From Mycobacteriales bacterium (GTDB lineage: Bacteria > Actinomycetota > Actinomycetes > Mycobacteriales > QHCE01), in NCBI GenBank assembly GCA_013362805.1, contig JABFVL010000058.1, positions 38,805 to 102,804 of the forward strand: a DNA stretch of 64,000 nucleotides, in the 5' to 3' direction. The position numbers and the translations under genes were made by a program. This document shows positions 18,227 through 27,800 of the stretch, piece by piece. Positions within the stretch are counted from its first letter, which is position 1. Every line of letters starts with the position of its first letter. The notes beneath the pieces are model-generated. The model made no database searches, was not told where the DNA came from, and saw only the letters and a list, made by a program, of their open reading frames with translations.

Positions 18227-18873
18227 TGTTCCCCGATTCGCAGGTATCGCAGAGCGGCGAGCACGCGCCGGTTGTCGTCTGGCCGATTTCCTATGTCCAA
18301 TTTGCTAAGAATGCTGTTGACGTGTTTGGCGACGGCGCTTTCGCCGATGAACAGCTGTCCGGCGATGGCCAGATTTGAACGCCCTTCGGCCATCAACGCG
18401 AGTACTTCGGTTTCGCGCGGAGTGAGCTTGTCGGTGGCCGAGCGACCGCGGCGTGCCATGAGTTGCGACACCACTTCGGGGTCCAGGACCGTGCCACCTG
18501 CACCCACCCGCACCAGCGCTTCGACGAATTCGTCGACGTCGGCGATCCGATCCTTCAACAGATAGCCAACGCCCCGATTGTCACCGCTAAGCAGATCGGT
18601 GGCGTACCGTTCTTCGACGTATTGCGACAACACCACCACGGCGATATCGGGCCACTGCTTACGGATTACCAACGCGGCTCGCAAACCTTCATCGGTGTGG
18701 CTAGGTGGCATACGAACATCCGTCACCACAACATCGGGCTGATGCTTTTCCACCGAGACGAGCAAGGCCTCGGCATCATTGACCGCTTCAACGACATCAA
18801 TGTCATTGCTGGTCAACAGCCGAACTATGCCTTCGCGAAGCAGAACGGAATCTTCGGCGATTACTACGCGCAT
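18223..18873 (-). CDS. NarL/LuxR-family two-component response regulator
   Basis: 216 aa. The receiver domain has DVVVTDVRMPP, and the C-terminal LuxR HTH reads LTPRETEVLALMAEGRSNLAIAGQLFIGESAVAKHVNSILSKL. Confidence 0.9.
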   Translation of the reverse strand: MRVVIAEDSVLLREGIVRLLTSNDIDVVEAVNDAEALLVSVEKHQPDVVVTDVRMPPSHTDEGLRAALVIRKQWPDIAVVVLSQYVEERYATDLLSGDNRGVGYLLKDRIADVDEFVEALVRVGAGGTVLDPEVVSQLMARRGRSATDKLTPRETEVLALMAEGRSNLAIAGQLFIGESAVAKHVNSILSKLDIGNRPDDNRRVLAALRYLRIGEQ

Positions 18874-20147
18874 GGGAGCTCCACGGTGATGTGTGTTGGA
18901 CCGCCAACTGGGCTATCGATGTCTAGGGTGCCGTCCACGGAGGCAACCCGTCCCGCCAGCCCTTTTAGCCCACTGCCTTTTTGAGGGTCGGCGCCCCCTT
19001 TGCCGTCATCAGTGATCGAGATTCGCAGGAGGTCACGCACCCGGTATACCTCTATGGTTACGGCGGTGGCTTGAGCGTGTTTGGCGATATTGGTGAGCGT
19101 TTCGGAGGCTACAAAATAGGCGACCGCTTCTACCGAACTGGGCGGCCGTTTATCCAGGTTGACCGACAATTCCACCGGCACTGGTGAGCGAGCGACAATG
19201 CCTGAGAGCGCGGCATCCAATCCCCGGTCCTCCAAAACAGCGGGGTGAAGACCACGCACGAAGTCGCGCATCTCCGCAAGGGCTTGTTTGGCGTCCTCGT
19301 GAGCTTGCTCGATTGCCGCGATCGCTTTTGACGGGTCTTTCTTTATCGCCGAACGACTCATTCCCAAGTTCATCGCCAAGGACACCAGCCGTTGCTGTGC
19401 TCCATCGTGCAGATTGCGCTCGATCCGGCGACGTTCGGCGTCGGCGGCCTCGATGACCTCTTTACGGCTCTGCGTGATGCGAGCGATCTGCTCGGCTTGG
19501 TTTCGCGACAAAAACCCCTGCGCCAGCACCGTCTGCAGGTGGGCGAAACCTCGGGCCACCCAAGGAGCGAGCAAAAGGAGTGATACCCCACCGGCTGTAT
19601 ATCCCAGCAACACCGGCACGCTGTGCATATCCCAGCCAAAGGGGCCATGCTTTCGCAGCAACGAGTTATGAAAGAAGATGCTGCTGTACACGAATCCGAG
19701 TGACCAGAAGGCAATCACCGCCCCGAATCCAGCGACTTGCACGATGGGGCCGATTAACAAATGATGCAATAGCTGACGCCAATGAGAAACTTGTTGACTA
19801 TCCGCCTTCACCTGTTGAAACCAACCGCTCGAGACGGCTTTTCTCGGCACTGGCGCTAATTCCACATCTAGATATGCGGCAAACCGCCCCTGCTGAAAAC
19901 GCGTGAAACCCCGCACCGCACCCCACACAATTGCCAGCATCACCGGAATCGTCACTATCAGCACGGCCAAACTCGCGAGCAGCGAGATCAACACGCTAAG
20001 GGTCACCACCGTGACAATCGCCAACGGGAAACCAACAATGGCGTGGACTGTGGCCAGCCAGGTCTCGCGCTCCCACAATGCCCGGATGGGCAGCGGAACA
20101 CGCCAGCGTCGGCTAGGACGCCGAGAAGATGCGGCAGAAGTAGTCAC
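18864..20147 (-). CDS. sensor histidine kinase (HisKA_3 / NarL-partner type)
   Basis: 427 aa with N-terminal TM segments. It has the H-box RRIERNLHDGAQQRLVSL and HATPase_c blocks (ETLTNIAKHA, ITDDGKGGA, GSGLKGLAGRV). It overlaps the RR start by 10 nt. Confidence 0.88.
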   Translation of the reverse strand: MTTSAASSRRPSRRWRVPLPIRALWERETWLATVHAIVGFPLAIVTVVTLSVLISLLASLAVLIVTIPVMLAIVWGAVRGFTRFQQGRFAAYLDVELAPVPRKAVSSGWFQQVKADSQQVSHWRQLLHHLLIGPIVQVAGFGAVIAFWSLGFVYSSIFFHNSLLRKHGPFGWDMHSVPVLLGYTAGGVSLLLLAPWVARGFAHLQTVLAQGFLSRNQAEQIARITQSRKEVIEAADAERRRIERNLHDGAQQRLVSLAMNLGMSRSAIKKDPSKAIAAIEQAHEDAKQALAEMRDFVRGLHPAVLEDRGLDAALSGIVARSPVPVELSVNLDKRPPSSVEAVAYFVASETLTNIAKHAQATAVTIEVYRVRDLLRISITDDGKGGADPQKGSGLKGLAGRVASVDGTLDIDSPVGGPTHITVELPCA

Positions 20148-20188
20148 CCCACAACCGTAAGTGGCGCGATTTCGATTATCTATGCAGG

Positions 20189-20218
20189 TAGATACCTGAA
20201 ATAGGTGGTGCTAGATAC
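20189..20218. promoter_or_regulatory. direct repeat TAGATAC x2 in the divergent HK / MMPL-2 intergenic region
   Basis: TAGATAC occurs at 20189..20195 and 20212..20218 (23-nt register), inside the 133-nt gap between the kinase start (20147) and the MMPL start (20281). It is a candidate NarL-type RR heptamer site, by position only. Confidence 0.3.
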
Positions 20219-20280
20219 ACCCCCGAAAAGGGAATCTAGCGCTACAGACACCACGTCACGATCGCAGCAAAGTTAACTCC

Positions 20281-22464
20281 ATGACCACACGACTTGGAAA
20301 ATTCTGCTTCCGCCACCGCTGGTGGCTCCTTCTCGCCTGGTTATTGGCAATGGTCGTCGGAGTGCTGTCCGCCGGGCCGCTGTTTGCGAGTATGGAAGAC
20401 AACGACTCCCTCAACGGTATGGAGTCAGTGACAGCACAAAAAGTGTTAGACAAAGGGAGCGACGAAGACGGCGGGATCACCGCGCTGTACGAGCAGGTCG
20501 ACGCCCCAGCTGTGCACGAAACCGTGGCCGAGACCGCAAACGAGATCGCCGGCTTTAAAGGTGTGAAAGAAGTCGATGCACCGGCAATCTCCGATGACAG
20601 GCGGGGCATCGCGGTCACGGTCACGTTCGCCCAGCTAGAAGACGATGAAGCGAGCGAAAAGCTCGTAGAGCGGGTTAAAGCCACATTCCAAGAGCTCGAA
20701 AAGCAAATCCCAGGGGCCACCCTCCGCCTTGGGGGTAGCTCAATTATGGGCCCCGAAATCAACGAACAGGTCAGCAAAGACCTTGCTAACGCCGAGATCT
20801 ATTCACTACCCGTCACAGCGATCGTGCTGGTGTTTGTATTCGGTGGACTCATCGCGGCAGGCATTCCGCTGCTTGCCACGATATTCACCGTGGGAGGTTC
20901 CTTCGCCGTTCTTCTCGGATTCTCGTACTTCATTGATCTGGACTCCAACATGATGACGATCGTCACCATGCTCGGACTCGGACTATCCATCGACTACGGG
21001 CTGCTCCTTGTTGCCCGATACCGGGAAGAGCTCGCCCGGCTAGCCACCTGGGCACCGGGCGCAACCCGAACCCTCACCGCCGAAGACCGATACATCGCTC
21101 TCGGCCGCACCTGGGGCACCGCGGGCCGCACTATTGCGTTCAGCGCGCTCACCGTTTCAGTCGCGCTCGTGGGGCTGCTGTTCATCGGCGTTCCGCGCCT
21201 CCAAGCCATGGGTGCGTCAGGAATCGCCGCAGCACTAGTGGCGATGGCCACCGCGCTCACCCTCACGGCCGCGCTGCTGCGCATAGCCGGGAAACGCGTC
21301 AAACCTTCCAAAAAAGAACTAGCAAAAGCCGCGGCCGGCGAAGTCGAGGGCACCAAGGGGTTCTTCGCAACTCTGGCGCGGTTCACCCAGCGCCGTCCTC
21401 TTGTGGTGACAGTGGGTGTTAGTGCTCTCTTGCTGGCCATCGCCTCACCGCTGTTATTCACCGCGATCAAGCTCCCCAACAGGGAAACTTTGCCCGATCA
21501 CTTGGAATCCGTACAAGTCAGTGAAGAGATCGAGCGCCACTACGGAAAATCTGACGATCCGGCGATTGTGGTGGTCGCTCGAACCACACCCGAAGAACTC
21601 GACACGTGGGCGGCGCAATGGCAACACCACCGCGACATCACCCGCATTGAACCGGCTCGAGCCGCGGGCGCTGACCTGTCGGTGCTGTCGATACAAGTAG
21701 AAGGCGAGTTGCAGGGTCCAGCGGCGCGAGAACTGGTCCTAGAAATCCGAAAGCATCGCCCCGCGGCTGAAAACTGGGTTACTGGACGAGCCGCAATGGT
21801 GGAAGACCTAGTGACAAAACTCAAGGGCGAACTCATCTGGGCCGTGGGCTTCACCATTGCCGCCACCATGGTGCTGTTGTTCCTGATGACGGGCTCACTC
21901 TTGGTGCCCATTAAAGCGCTGTTTATGAGTGCGCTTTCTCTGGGAGCCACATTCGGAATCTTGACCATGATTTACGACTTTGGGTGGGGCGCCAACCTGA
22001 TTGACGCGCAGCCCTACAACGGACTCAGCCCATTCATGCTCATCATGATCTACGCGTTCGCTACCGGGCTATCAATGGATTATGAAGTGTTCCTTTTGGG
22101 CCGCATCAAAGAAAAAGTTGACCAAGGTGCCTCCACCGATGAGGCTGTTCGATTTGGGCTTCAACGCTCCGGGAAGATCATCACTTCCGCCGCGCTTTTG
22201 ATGATGATTGTGTTCGCTGGTTTCGCCTTGGCCGACATGGGCGACATCCAGATGGTGGGCGTCGGCCTGTTCGTCGCGGTCCTTCTGGATGCCACCATTG
22301 TCAGATGCCTGCTCGTGCCAGCGACCATGACTCTGCTGGGGCGCGCCAACTGGTGGGCACCAGCATGGCTGAAGAAGGCGCATAACAGGTTTGGGATCAG
22401 TGAAGGCGAGCCGCCACGGAACACACCGAAAACGACAGAACAGCTGGTGGGTGCCCAAAACTAG
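20281..22464 (+). CDS. MMPL family (RND superfamily) membrane transporter
   Basis: 727 aa with MMPL topology and conserved LGLGLSIDYGLLLVARYREE and GLSMDYEVFLLGRIKE blocks. Confidence 0.88.
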   Translation: MTTRLGKFCFRHRWWLLLAWLLAMVVGVLSAGPLFASMEDNDSLNGMESVTAQKVLDKGSDEDGGITALYEQVDAPAVHETVAETANEIAGFKGVKEVDAPAISDDRRGIAVTVTFAQLEDDEASEKLVERVKATFQELEKQIPGATLRLGGSSIMGPEINEQVSKDLANAEIYSLPVTAIVLVFVFGGLIAAGIPLLATIFTVGGSFAVLLGFSYFIDLDSNMMTIVTMLGLGLSIDYGLLLVARYREELARLATWAPGATRTLTAEDRYIALGRTWGTAGRTIAFSALTVSVALVGLLFIGVPRLQAMGASGIAAALVAMATALTLTAALLRIAGKRVKPSKKELAKAAAGEVEGTKGFFATLARFTQRRPLVVTVGVSALLLAIASPLLFTAIKLPNRETLPDHLESVQVSEEIERHYGKSDDPAIVVVARTTPEELDTWAAQWQHHRDITRIEPARAAGADLSVLSIQVEGELQGPAARELVLEIRKHRPAAENWVTGRAAMVEDLVTKLKGELIWAVGFTIAATMVLLFLMTGSLLVPIKALFMSALSLGATFGILTMIYDFGWGANLIDAQPYNGLSPFMLIMIYAFATGLSMDYEVFLLGRIKEKVDQGASTDEAVRFGLQRSGKIITSAALLMMIVFAGFALADMGDIQMVGVGLFVAVLLDATIVRCLLVPATMTLLGRANWWAPAWLKKAHNRFGISEGEPPRNTPKTTEQLVGAQN

Positions 22465-22538
22465 GACCATTACCGAGGTCCGCCGACTTCATTCCAGCCG
22501 CTGGAACAAATACACATGGTGAAATGTAGTCACTAAAC

Positions 22539-22575
22539 AATTAGGGGTGACCTCATTGTGAGGTCACCCCTAATT
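22539..22575. terminator. perfect 17-bp stem / 3-nt loop hairpin between convergent genes (probably a bidirectional terminator)
   Basis: AATTAGGGGTGACCTCA-ttg-TGAGGTCACCCCTAATT, read directly. It lies between the MMPL-2 stop (22464) and the MFS stop (22584). Confidence 0.7.
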
Positions 22576-22583
22576 GGCTGTCA

Positions 22584-24080
22584 TCAGTGTGCGGCTAGAG
22601 CCGCTTCTTGCTCGCGGGCCATGCTCGCTGGCGCGTTCACGTCCTCGTCATCATTCAATGGCGATTCGCGTAGCAGCCAAGCCAATACCAAGCCTGAAGC
22701 TGCGATTGGAATTGCCCACAAAAAGATCCCGCCAATGGCGTTGGCGTAGGTTTCGAGATATCGCCCATCAGTTGGTCGGGCTGAACCGACGCCGTGAACG
22801 AATATCGCGCCAGCCACCGCGACACCCAATGCGCCTCCCACTGACTGCATGAATCGCACGAGCCCACTCGCCACGCCCAACTGACTTTTCGCGGTACTGC
22901 GCATCGCGATGATGGTGGGGATCTGCCAGATGAGGCCTAGTCCGACGCCAAAGACCAGCATGAACAGCGCCGACACCAACTTGCTGGTGTCTCCAGCCAA
23001 GGTGGCCAGCATGATCAAGCCCGCGATTGATACGGCGAAGCCCAGCAACGGGAAAATGCGGTAACGGCCAGTTTTGCTGACTGATTTGCCCACCACGATG
23101 GATGTCACCAAAGTGCCCGCGAGTAGTGGAAACAGTTGGGCGCCGCTATTGGTAGCCGACGCGCCCTGCACAACTTGTTGATAGAGCGGCAGAAACGTCA
23201 TCGCGCCAAACATGACGAATCCATGAGCCGCAGCGATGGCGGCCGCGAGGGTGAGGTTGCGGTTCTGGAACAACGTCAGCGGGAGCATGGGCTCGGCGGC
23301 CCGTCGTTCGACCAAGACCAGCAACCCAATGCCTATGGCGGCGAGCATGCCCAGACCGATAATTTGCGGTGAGGCCCAGTCGTAACGGTCGCCTGCCCAG
23401 CTGGTGAAGAGCACGAGAGCCGAGGCGATGACAGCGATCAACGCCGCACCGACATAGTCGATTTTCACCGGTCGCTTTTCTCGTTTGATGTGAATGGCCA
23501 GGCTAATGACGGCTATCACTACAGCGCCCACTGGGAGGTTGATGTAGAACGCCCATCTCCAGGACAGATGGTCGGTGATAAGGCCTCCTAGAAAGGGGCC
23601 TCCAATCATGGCGGCACCCATGATGCCTCCGCTAATTCCCTGGTAGCTACCCATTTTTTTGAAAGGGATGACGTGCCCAATCAGCGCCATTCCGCACACG
23701 AGTAGACCACCGGCGCCAATACCTTGTATCGCCCGAAACATGATGAGCTGGGTCATGGTGTGCGCGGCGCCGGAAAGCACCGAGCCACCCAGGAAGATCC
23801 CGATCGCGCTGAGGAACATTGTTTTATGGCCAAAGAGGTCGCCGAGTTTTCCGTACAGCGGCGTGGTGATCATGGACGTGAGTAGGTAGGCGGTGACGAC
23901 CCAGGAAAGATCGCGCGCTCCGCCGAGTTCATCGACGATGGTGGGCATCGCGGTGCCGACGATCATGCCGTCGAGCATGGCTAACAACATCGCGCCCATG
24001 ATGCCCAGAAAAGGGATGAGGTAGTTGGGTTCGCCGGGTGGTTCTTGCGGTTTGGCGGCGGTTGCTGGGTGTGTGGACAC
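22584..24080 (-). CDS. MFS transporter, DHA2 (14-TMS, EmrB/QacA-like) drug:H+ antiporter family
   Basis: 498 aa with about 14 TM segments and MFS motif A-like GKLGDLFGHK. It is divergent from a TetR regulator. Confidence 0.85.
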   Translation of the reverse strand: MSTHPATAAKPQEPPGEPNYLIPFLGIMGAMLLAMLDGMIVGTAMPTIVDELGGARDLSWVVTAYLLTSMITTPLYGKLGDLFGHKTMFLSAIGIFLGGSVLSGAAHTMTQLIMFRAIQGIGAGGLLVCGMALIGHVIPFKKMGSYQGISGGIMGAAMIGGPFLGGLITDHLSWRWAFYINLPVGAVVIAVISLAIHIKREKRPVKIDYVGAALIAVIASALVLFTSWAGDRYDWASPQIIGLGMLAAIGIGLLVLVERRAAEPMLPLTLFQNRNLTLAAAIAAAHGFVMFGAMTFLPLYQQVVQGASATNSGAQLFPLLAGTLVTSIVVGKSVSKTGRYRIFPLLGFAVSIAGLIMLATLAGDTSKLVSALFMLVFGVGLGLIWQIPTIIAMRSTAKSQLGVASGLVRFMQSVGGALGVAVAGAIFVHGVGSARPTDGRYLETYANAIGGIFLWAIPIAASGLVLAWLLRESPLNDDEDVNAPASMAREQEAALAAH

Positions 24081-24104
24081 GGCTATGCTCCTTGAAAACA
24101 GAAA

Positions 24105-24174
24105 CTTACTAGCCGCCCGGCTAGCAACTTACTTGCCGCACGGTAAGCTATTAACTAGCCGGCCGTCAAGTAAG
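24105..24174. promoter_or_regulatory. repeated CTTACT(A/T)G(C/A)CG motif (2 direct, 1 inverted) in the MFS/TetR divergent promoter region; likely TetR operator(s)
   Basis: CTTACTAGCCG at 24105..24115 and CTTACTTGCCG at 24128..24138 are direct copies. CGTCAAGTAAG at 24164..24174 is the inverted copy. There is also a TAGCCG-cc-CGGCTA palindrome at about 24109..24122. Confidence 0.5.
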
Positions 24175-24186
24175 CATGGGTAAGGA

Positions 24187-24747
24187 GTGGCCACAATGAC
24201 CAGCGAACCGCGCACCGACACCCGCGCCCGCATCCAAGAAGTAGCCCTGGAACTGTTCGCTAAACAGGGCTACGAAAAAACCTCACTACGAGAAATCTCC
24301 GAACGCATCGGCGTCACCAAAGCCGCCCTCTACTACCACTTCAAAACCAAAGAAGACATCGCCGCCAGCGTCTTCGAAGACGGCCTCAAAGCGATGGAAG
24401 AAATGCTGGTCTGGGCCCGAACGAAACCCCGCACCCGGGAAGCGCGAGCCGAAATCCTCCGCCGCTACTGCGCCGTAGTTCGCGACGGCATCGGCCGCAG
24501 CCGTTTCATTCAACAAACCGACCAACAATCCATGCCCGGGATGGAACGCTTCTTCGCGGTCATGTACGAACTAAACGCGCTCCTCCAACCCGAAAACGCG
24601 AGCACGCGCGAAGCCATGCAAACCGGGCTCGCCATTCACAGCTTGCATTTCGGGTGGATGAAAATGCGCGCACTCAGCGGAGGTGACCTCACCGAAGACG
24701 AATTCGAGGAAACACTGATGGGTATTGTGCTCGACATATTGCCGTGA
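24187..24747 (+). CDS. TetR/AcrR family transcriptional regulator
   Basis: 186 aa with the N-terminal HTH TSLREISERIGVTKAALYYHFKTKEDI. The start is GTG 24187 or ATG 24196. Confidence 0.88.
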   Translation: MATMTSEPRTDTRARIQEVALELFAKQGYEKTSLREISERIGVTKAALYYHFKTKEDIAASVFEDGLKAMEEMLVWARTKPRTREARAEILRRYCAVVRDGIGRSRFIQQTDQQSMPGMERFFAVMYELNALLQPENASTREAMQTGLAIHSLHFGWMKMRALSGGDLTEDEFEETLMGIVLDILP

Positions 24748-24812
24748 CCTGATGAAAGACCCCTTAGCCCCGCCCACGCTCGATACACAGTGCCCACCGA
24801 GCCGCGTCCCGA

Positions 24813-27800
24813 CTACCTCCTATACGGTCCAGGGCGCCGAGAAGGCCACGATGGATTCTGCTGAACAACATTCGGCAACCCCGGAACCGCCCGCGGACCC
24901 AGATGGCCAGGCGACGTTGAACCGGTAGTAGGCCCGCCCGCTGGTTCTCCGGCAGAGCCCGACTCCTCTTCGCCGCCCGAGTGCTGCTCCACTTCACTAT
25001 CGGAGTGCTGCCCTCCGACATCTTGACGTCTTCGCGCCCGCGGACCCGCATCGCGAACATCCTCAATCGAATTTTCCCCGCCGTGTAGCTCCGCATAAGA
25101 CGCCACACCATGCGCGATTTGATCGAACCCTGAACGCCATAAATCGGCCAAAGCATTATCCGACGGTGCCATCACATCTGCTTGCCATTTACTCGCCATA
25201 AAACCGGGCTGAAGGCGCTCATCAACGTTTTTTACGAATGTGTCGTAATCACTTAGGCATTTTTTCAACCACGTAATCCCACTACGAATCATGGCGGTGT
25301 CCTGGCTGAACGGATCAATGCGCTCGGCCATCCGATCGATAACCCCTTGGGTTTGCGCAACCAACCGGCCCATCGTCGAATAATTCGAGCTCGCCCCAGC
25401 ATAATGGGTACTAGTGGTTCTCGCGGCTTCCACCAATGCGCCACCCTGTTTATAAAGCGTGGCCGTATCCAATTCTGGCGCTGATTCCAACCACGAATCA
25501 ACATCACGCAACCGAGCCATAGATTCAAATAGTGCTGGATCGATGGGTGTAGTGCCACGCTCGGAAAAATACTCGTCCATTGCTTCCACCCACGTTTTCT
25601 CCTCCTCAGCTACGGCCGGTCCGTCTAGGGCAAGGCGACTACCATTGGAGCTAAGTTGCTTGCCACTCAGTACGGCCGCCTGTTTGTTGGCACGTGTGGC
25701 GAACTTCTTGATCTGGTCCTCCGCGGCTTCACGCGTCGCGAGGTCCTGCTCTGGGGCAGCATCAAAACGCGCCAGTGCTTCCCGTAGTTCCTTGTGATAT
25801 TCAGAAATCACCCCGACATGTCGCGGGATATACAAAATGAGATTTCGAATTTGTTCCTTTGCGAATTCGGCAGCCCCCTCCTCCTCGGGCAACATTCCCG
25901 CCAAGCGGTACAAATCCCAGCCATTCTCCACAACCCCACGCACCGCTTCATCCGTGCTCAGCTGTTGCTTGGCCAGTTCGTAAAGAGCCTCGCCCGTAGC
26001 GGCCTGCAAATCAGCCGGCTCCGGGCTATCCGCGATCAGCTGATTCCCTAGCTCCCACGTTTTGTACGCCAACCGTTTAGCCTCGTCACGCACGGCTCGC
26101 GCACCAGGATCAACTCCATCGTCGAAGGTTGCTATCAGTGCTTTGCCTTGATCGAGATTGGGGGAAATCTCGGATTGTTCCGATGGCGCGGCTTCGGGGA
26201 TGTGTAGCCTTTCAGACCCTTCCAGCACCGGACCTGGTGGAAATGAAGGTGATATGGGCTCATCGGTCAGAGTGCTCAATGAAGCCATCAACGTACTTCC
26301 ACCAGGCAGTTCACCCGATTGCTGCTCAGGCTCTCCAAGCGGGTTTGTATCGCGTTCCGGGGCTGAACCGTCAAGCTCCGACGACGAATCCGAAGTTGAT
26401 GAGGGGTCAGTCGGCGATGAGGGCGCTGTTTCGTCAGCGGCCAAGGTCACCGCACTGTCGGATTCCTCGGGCTGCTCTGGGTGCCCATGCAGCTCCAAAT
26501 AGTCTGCGACACCCGAGGCGATCTGCCCGAAGGCTGGGACCGCACCCACTTCTGGCCTCTTCATAAATGTGTGCCAAGCGTTGGCCATGTTAACGGGCTG
26601 CTGCCGAGGCTCGCTCTCTTCAGCGACCCGGTTTTCAAAACGGTGCAGATTCTCGCTCAGTAATTGGATTCCATCTCGAATCCCAACAGTCTCCTCGTCA
26701 AAGCGATCAACTCGTTCGGACATCCGATCGAGAACTTTTCGCGCCTGTCCAACAAGGTGGTTTATCTTCGAAGGGTCTCGACTCGCTCGCGCATAGTGCG
26801 CACCGAGACTTTCGATGGCGCCTATGTACCTACTGCCTTGCTCAAAAACCACGGAGGTCGACTGCTCTGCTGCCGATTCCAACCATTCGCTCATATCGCG
26901 CAGGGCGGCCATCGATTTAAAGATGGCAGGATCAATGGGCGCATCACCCTGCGCGGACAAATAACCGTCGACGACCGCGATCCACGATTCTTCCTGACCC
27001 TCAGGCGTCAACTCGCTCGTTAGCAGGCTGCCCTGCGGGCTCAACTGTTGTTCCCGCAATTGAGCGACCTCATCATTAGCCGCATCGAGCCACTGTTTAA
27101 TGTGAGCGTGGGCTTGCTCTCGCTCCTCGGAATCCGCCTCAGGGGTGGCCTGGAGCCTTTCGACGGCTCCTTGCAGTTGTTCAAGAAGTGCGGGGATTTT
27201 CTGAACGTGTCTCGGTATCGCCGCAATAATATTTTGTGCTTTGTCTTTGGGGGAATCCGGCGCGGAAGACGTATCTGGGAGCATCCCACTTACCTCGTAC
27301 AACTGCCATCCGGTTTCCACCGCGGCCCGAGCGACTTTGTCAGTGGCTAACTGCTCAGTGGCCAAATCGAGAAGACGCTCGCCGATTGCCGCAGCCACAT
27401 CATCTGGTTCCGGGCTTCCCGCCACAAGTCGACCAGTCAGTTTCCACGTCAATAGCGCAAGCCGTCGCGCCTCGTCGCGTACCGCTTCAGCTCCGGGATC
27501 AATTCCACTCTCAAATGTGGTGATCAACGCGGTGCCCGCCTGTAAGTCAGGCTGAATTTCATCCTCAGTTTCTGCTGGCGGCTCTGACGGCGCGTCGACG
27601 ATCGGCTGCTCAACGTCGGGATGAGTGTCTACTGTCGATGGAGTGAGCGCTTCGGACCGCGGACTATTATCGGAATCCGGGACCGCCACCTTTGCTGACA
27701 CAAGGTTCTGCTCATCGTTGGGCGATCCCAGCAAAACCTCACTAGGCGTTTCAACCGCCGGAATATCGCCAGGCATAGGACCTGGTGAAGCAGCACTGCC

